Source: Parachlamydiales bacterium (GTDB lineage: Bacteria; Chlamydiota; Chlamydiia; Chlamydiales; JAEYWL01). Taken from it: 58,861 nt of DNA. Location: contig JAGVLX010000080.1 in the NCBI GenBank assembly GCA_020054065.1, forward strand, positions 1-58,861. The letters are read 5' to 3'. Numbering within the stretch: position 1 is the stretch's first letter; each line of letters opens with the position of its first letter. The translations under genes were made by a program, and so were the position numbers. Below the pieces are notes generated by a model. It saw only the letters and a program-made list of their open reading frames with translations, did no database searches and had not been told where the DNA came from. Shown in pieces: positions 56,089 to 58,861 of this stretch.

Positions 56089-57393
56089 ATGCTCGATATC
56101 AAGTTAATACGCAAGGACCGCGCTGCGATCGAAAAGAAACTCAAGACGAAAGATCCGGAAATTGATTTAAGTTATATCTGCGACCTGGACCACCAAATTC
56201 GGGAAGCCAAAACCAAAGTGGAGCACCTGAAAGCCAAACGGAATGAAGCGTCGCAAAAAATTGGCGAACTCAAACGCAAGAAAGAGGATACAACCGCCAT
56301 CATGGCCGAGGTCGCCCATTTTGCGGATGAGATTCACGAATTGGATCGCTTGGTAACGGACCATGAAGCGAAGATGACCTATGCGCTCGCTAAAATTCCC
56401 AATCTCCCGATGGATGAAGTTCCGGTTTCCCAAGACCCAAAAGATAATCAAGTCTTAAAAGAAGTCGGCAAGAAGCCCGCCTTTGATTTCCCGTTTAAAA
56501 ACCATGTCGAATTGAATGAGAAGCTCGGATTGTTTGATTTTCCACGCGGAGCAAAAGTTTCCGGCAGCGGCTGGCCGATTTATCGCGGATTAGGCGCCCG
56601 CCTGGAATGGGCGCTGATCAATTACATGCTTGAGATCCAGATTAAAAATGGATTCGAGATGTTTATACCGCCGTTGTTGGTGCGTCCAGAGTCCATGTAT
56701 GGATCGGGCCAGATCCCGAAATTTGAGCTGCAAATGTTCAAGATCCATGACAGCGATTATCAGCTTTACCTGATTCCCACCTCAGAAGTGGTTTTAAACA
56801 GCTTGCATGCCGATGAAGTGATCCCGGAAGAGCAGCTGCCGCTTAAATACACGGCGTATACTCCCTGCTTCCGCCGCGAAGCTGGCGCTGCCGGATCGCA
56901 AGAGCGCGGGCTTATCCGGGTGCATCAGTTTAATAAAGTAGAGATGTTTTGTTTCACAAGACCGGAAGAGAGCATGCAAGTATTCGGCCAGATGCTGGCG
57001 AGTGCGGAAGAGGTGTTGCAAGGATTAGGGCTGCATTACCGCAATGCGTTGTTATGTACGGGAGATATGTCTTTCGGCTCCGCCTATACGGTTGATATCG
57101 AAGTGTGGCTGCCGGGGCAAAACCGCTATTATGAAGTGTCTTCGGTTTCGAATTGCACCGATTATCAAGCGCGCCGTTCAAACGCAAAATTCCGTCGCAA
57201 TGATAAATTGGAGTGGGTCCATACGTTGAATGGTTCTGGATTAGCGACCTCTAGGCTGATGGTGGCGCTGCTGGAAAACAATCAGAATGCGGATGGTTCA
57301 GTCAATATCCCGCAGGTGCTGCAAAGCCGCCTGGGAGGGCTGACGAAGCTAGATATTCACCACAGAGACACAGAGGCACAGAGAGGAAAATAA
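56089..57393 (+). CDS. serS: Serine--tRNA ligase
   Basis: MLDIKLIR, LIPTSEV, FRREAG, RVHQFNKVE, EVSSVSNCTDYQARR, TLNGSGLA. Confidence 0.98.
   Translation: MLDIKLIRKDRAAIEKKLKTKDPEIDLSYICDLDHQIREAKTKVEHLKAKRNEASQKIGELKRKKEDTTAIMAEVAHFADEIHELDRLVTDHEAKMTYALAKIPNLPMDEVPVSQDPKDNQVLKEVGKKPAFDFPFKNHVELNEKLGLFDFPRGAKVSGSGWPIYRGLGARLEWALINYMLEIQIKNGFEMFIPPLLVRPESMYGSGQIPKFELQMFKIHDSDYQLYLIPTSEVVLNSLHADEVIPEEQLPLKYTAYTPCFRREAGAAGSQERGLIRVHQFNKVEMFCFTRPEESMQVFGQMLASAEEVLQGLGLHYRNALLCTGDMSFGSAYTVDIEVWLPGQNRYYEVSSVSNCTDYQARRSNAKFRRNDKLEWVHTLNGSGLATSRLMVALLENNQNADGSVNIPQVLQSRLGGLTKLDIHHRDTEAQRGK
57359..57384 (+). repeat. CACAGAG-family arm inside the serS 3' coding sequence
   Basis: ACCACAGAGACACAGAGGCACAGAGA, identical to 55806..55831. 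Confidence 0.88.
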
Positions 57394-57399
57394 ATTCGG

Positions 57400-58674
57400 A
57401 TGGTTATGACAAAAAATCCGACGATAATTGACTTCATCAACTTTTTGGATGCGTCCCCGACAGCGTGGCACGCGGTCGAAAATGTCGCTGCCAAGTTAAC
57501 CGCAGCCGGGTTTGAACAAATGGATGAAGCAGATGCTTTCCCCGTGAAACTCGGGGGTAAATACTTTGTCATCCGGAACGGCTCATCGCTGATGGCCTTT
57601 TCCCTTCCTAAACAAAAAACAGTAGACGCACGCATCGTCGGCACCCATACCGATTCGCCGGGATTAAAAATTAAACCGCGCGGCGAATTTCAGCGTGAAA
57701 ATATGGTGATGCTTGGCGTCGAGGCCTATGGCTCCCCTATCTACGCAGCGTGGGTGAATCGGGATCTGGGAATCGCCGGAAGAGTGGCATATGAAGAAGC
57801 GGGGCACGTTAAACAGAAGCTTGTCACCTTTGACAACCCTTCTGTGTTTATCCCACAACTTGCGATCCACTTCGACCGCACGGTAAATGAAAATGGGCTG
57901 AAGTTAAATCCGCAAGATCAGCTGTGCGCCTTAGCGGCATTAAGCGCTTCGCAAAAAGGGACAACGTTTTTAACTGATTTAATCCACGCGAAAATCGGGA
58001 AAGCACCGCTAGCGTTCGATCTTTTCTTGTATCCGCTTGAAAAGGCGCGCCTCTCCGGCGAATTGATCACTTCAGCGCGTTTAGACAATTTAAGTTCTGT
58101 CCATGCAGCGCTGACCGCCTTGATTCAGGCGAGCGAAAAACCTGGCCAACATATGCAAATGGGCATGTTTTGGGACAATGAAGAAGTAGGCTCTAGAACG
58201 GCACAAGGAGCCCAATCGCCGTTTTTTCAGCATACGCTTGAACGGGTATGCTTGGCGTTAGGCTATACGCGCGAAGAATATTTGCAGCTGCTAAACCGTT
58301 CATTCTGCATTTCAGCTGATATGGCGCATGCCATTAACCCTAACTCGCCCGAAAAACATGATGCACGCCATCCGGTGTTGCTTGGCCAAGGGGTGGCCCT
58401 AAAGACTAACGCAGACCATCGCTATGCCAGCGATGCGGATGCTGGAGCGTGGCTGCATCTTTTATGCAAGAAACACAAAATCCCGTTGCAAGTATACAAC
58501 CATCGTTCCGACTTACCGTGTGGCACAACCATCGGACCGATTCACTCAGCCGTCACGGGAATCAAAACAGTGGATGTGGGCACACCGCAATTGTCGATGC
58601 ACTCTACCCGTGAGCTGGCTGCCGTCAGCGATCACTTGGATCTTTGCCGCCTGCTGGAAGTGTTTTTAAATTAA
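57400..58674 (+). CDS. apeB: M18-family aminopeptidase
   Basis: HTDSP, RLDNLSS, DNEEVGS, SADMAHAINPN, CGTTIGP, SMHSTRE. Confidence 0.92.
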   Translation: MVMTKNPTIIDFINFLDASPTAWHAVENVAAKLTAAGFEQMDEADAFPVKLGGKYFVIRNGSSLMAFSLPKQKTVDARIVGTHTDSPGLKIKPRGEFQRENMVMLGVEAYGSPIYAAWVNRDLGIAGRVAYEEAGHVKQKLVTFDNPSVFIPQLAIHFDRTVNENGLKLNPQDQLCALAALSASQKGTTFLTDLIHAKIGKAPLAFDLFLYPLEKARLSGELITSARLDNLSSVHAALTALIQASEKPGQHMQMGMFWDNEEVGSRTAQGAQSPFFQHTLERVCLALGYTREEYLQLLNRSFCISADMAHAINPNSPEKHDARHPVLLGQGVALKTNADHRYASDADAGAWLHLLCKKHKIPLQVYNHRSDLPCGTTIGPIHSAVTGIKTVDVGTPQLSMHSTRELAAVSDHLDLCRLLEVFLN

Positions 58675-58688
58675 TTTAATCCACCCTC

Positions 58689-58861
58689 CAATTCAACACG
58701 AAGCGAAGCAGGTCCTCTATGGCCCTCTATCGGTAAATAACTAGAAGAAAAATTCAACACAAAGGCACGAAGGCACAGAGACACGAAGAGATTTCTTAGT
58801 GTCTCTGTGCCTTCGTGCCTTTGTGTTTGAATTGAATTTAAGACATCAGCGGCAATGAAAC
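58689..58861. repeat. Composite repeat: module inverted relative to 48..100, CAC-family hairpin, and a terminal motif shared with 92..127
   Basis: Perfect 29-bp stem 58756..58784 / 58799..58827; 58689..58712 is the reverse complement of 77..100. Confidence 0.85.

Noticed and set aside
58825-58861. 37-nt GTTTGAATTGAATTTAAGACATCAGCGGCAATGAAAC has CRISPR-repeat-like ends (GTTT...GAAAC), with a variant at 92..127
   Set aside because: Only one copy at each end, no repeat-spacer periodicity around the first copy, no internal stem and no cas genes. An array beyond the right edge cannot be excluded.

Overview
This is a gene-dense chromosomal segment from an environmental Chlamydiota bacterium (Parachlamydiales-like, inferred from gene content and chlamydia-type gene order). 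Housekeeping blocks: lepA with two tRNA-Leu; truA-ispD-metallophosphoesterase-SWIB; prfB (programmed +1 frameshift)-GNAT-SprT-like-yebC-pabB-pabC-uppS-cdsA-cmk-ald; Hsp70-like and SNF2 helicase; dnaA; gnd; tRNA-Arg; amiA-murE-ftsI-ftsL-rsmH; aroDE-aroK; smc; serS-M18 aminopeptidase. Accessory or orphan genes are scattered between them: a Cys/Tyr 12-residue-repeat secreted protein, two paralogous secreted repeat proteins, DUF2851, a CX5R-motif protein, an F-box/WD40 protein and a fatty-acid desaturase. The most unusual signal is non-coding. About 16 short elements are built from 9-bp-period (xxGAC) or 8-bp-period (CACAGAG-like) tandem units, often folded into long perfect hairpins. The GAC type starts just after stop codons in a fixed orientation and occupies all six protein-protein convergent junctions. 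One copy of the 8-bp type has been captured into the serS coding sequence. There is also a 176-bp MITE-like element with perfect 25-bp terminal inverted repeats. No transposase, integrase, cas gene or CRISPR array is visible. All product calls come from motif recognition by eye; no database search was run.
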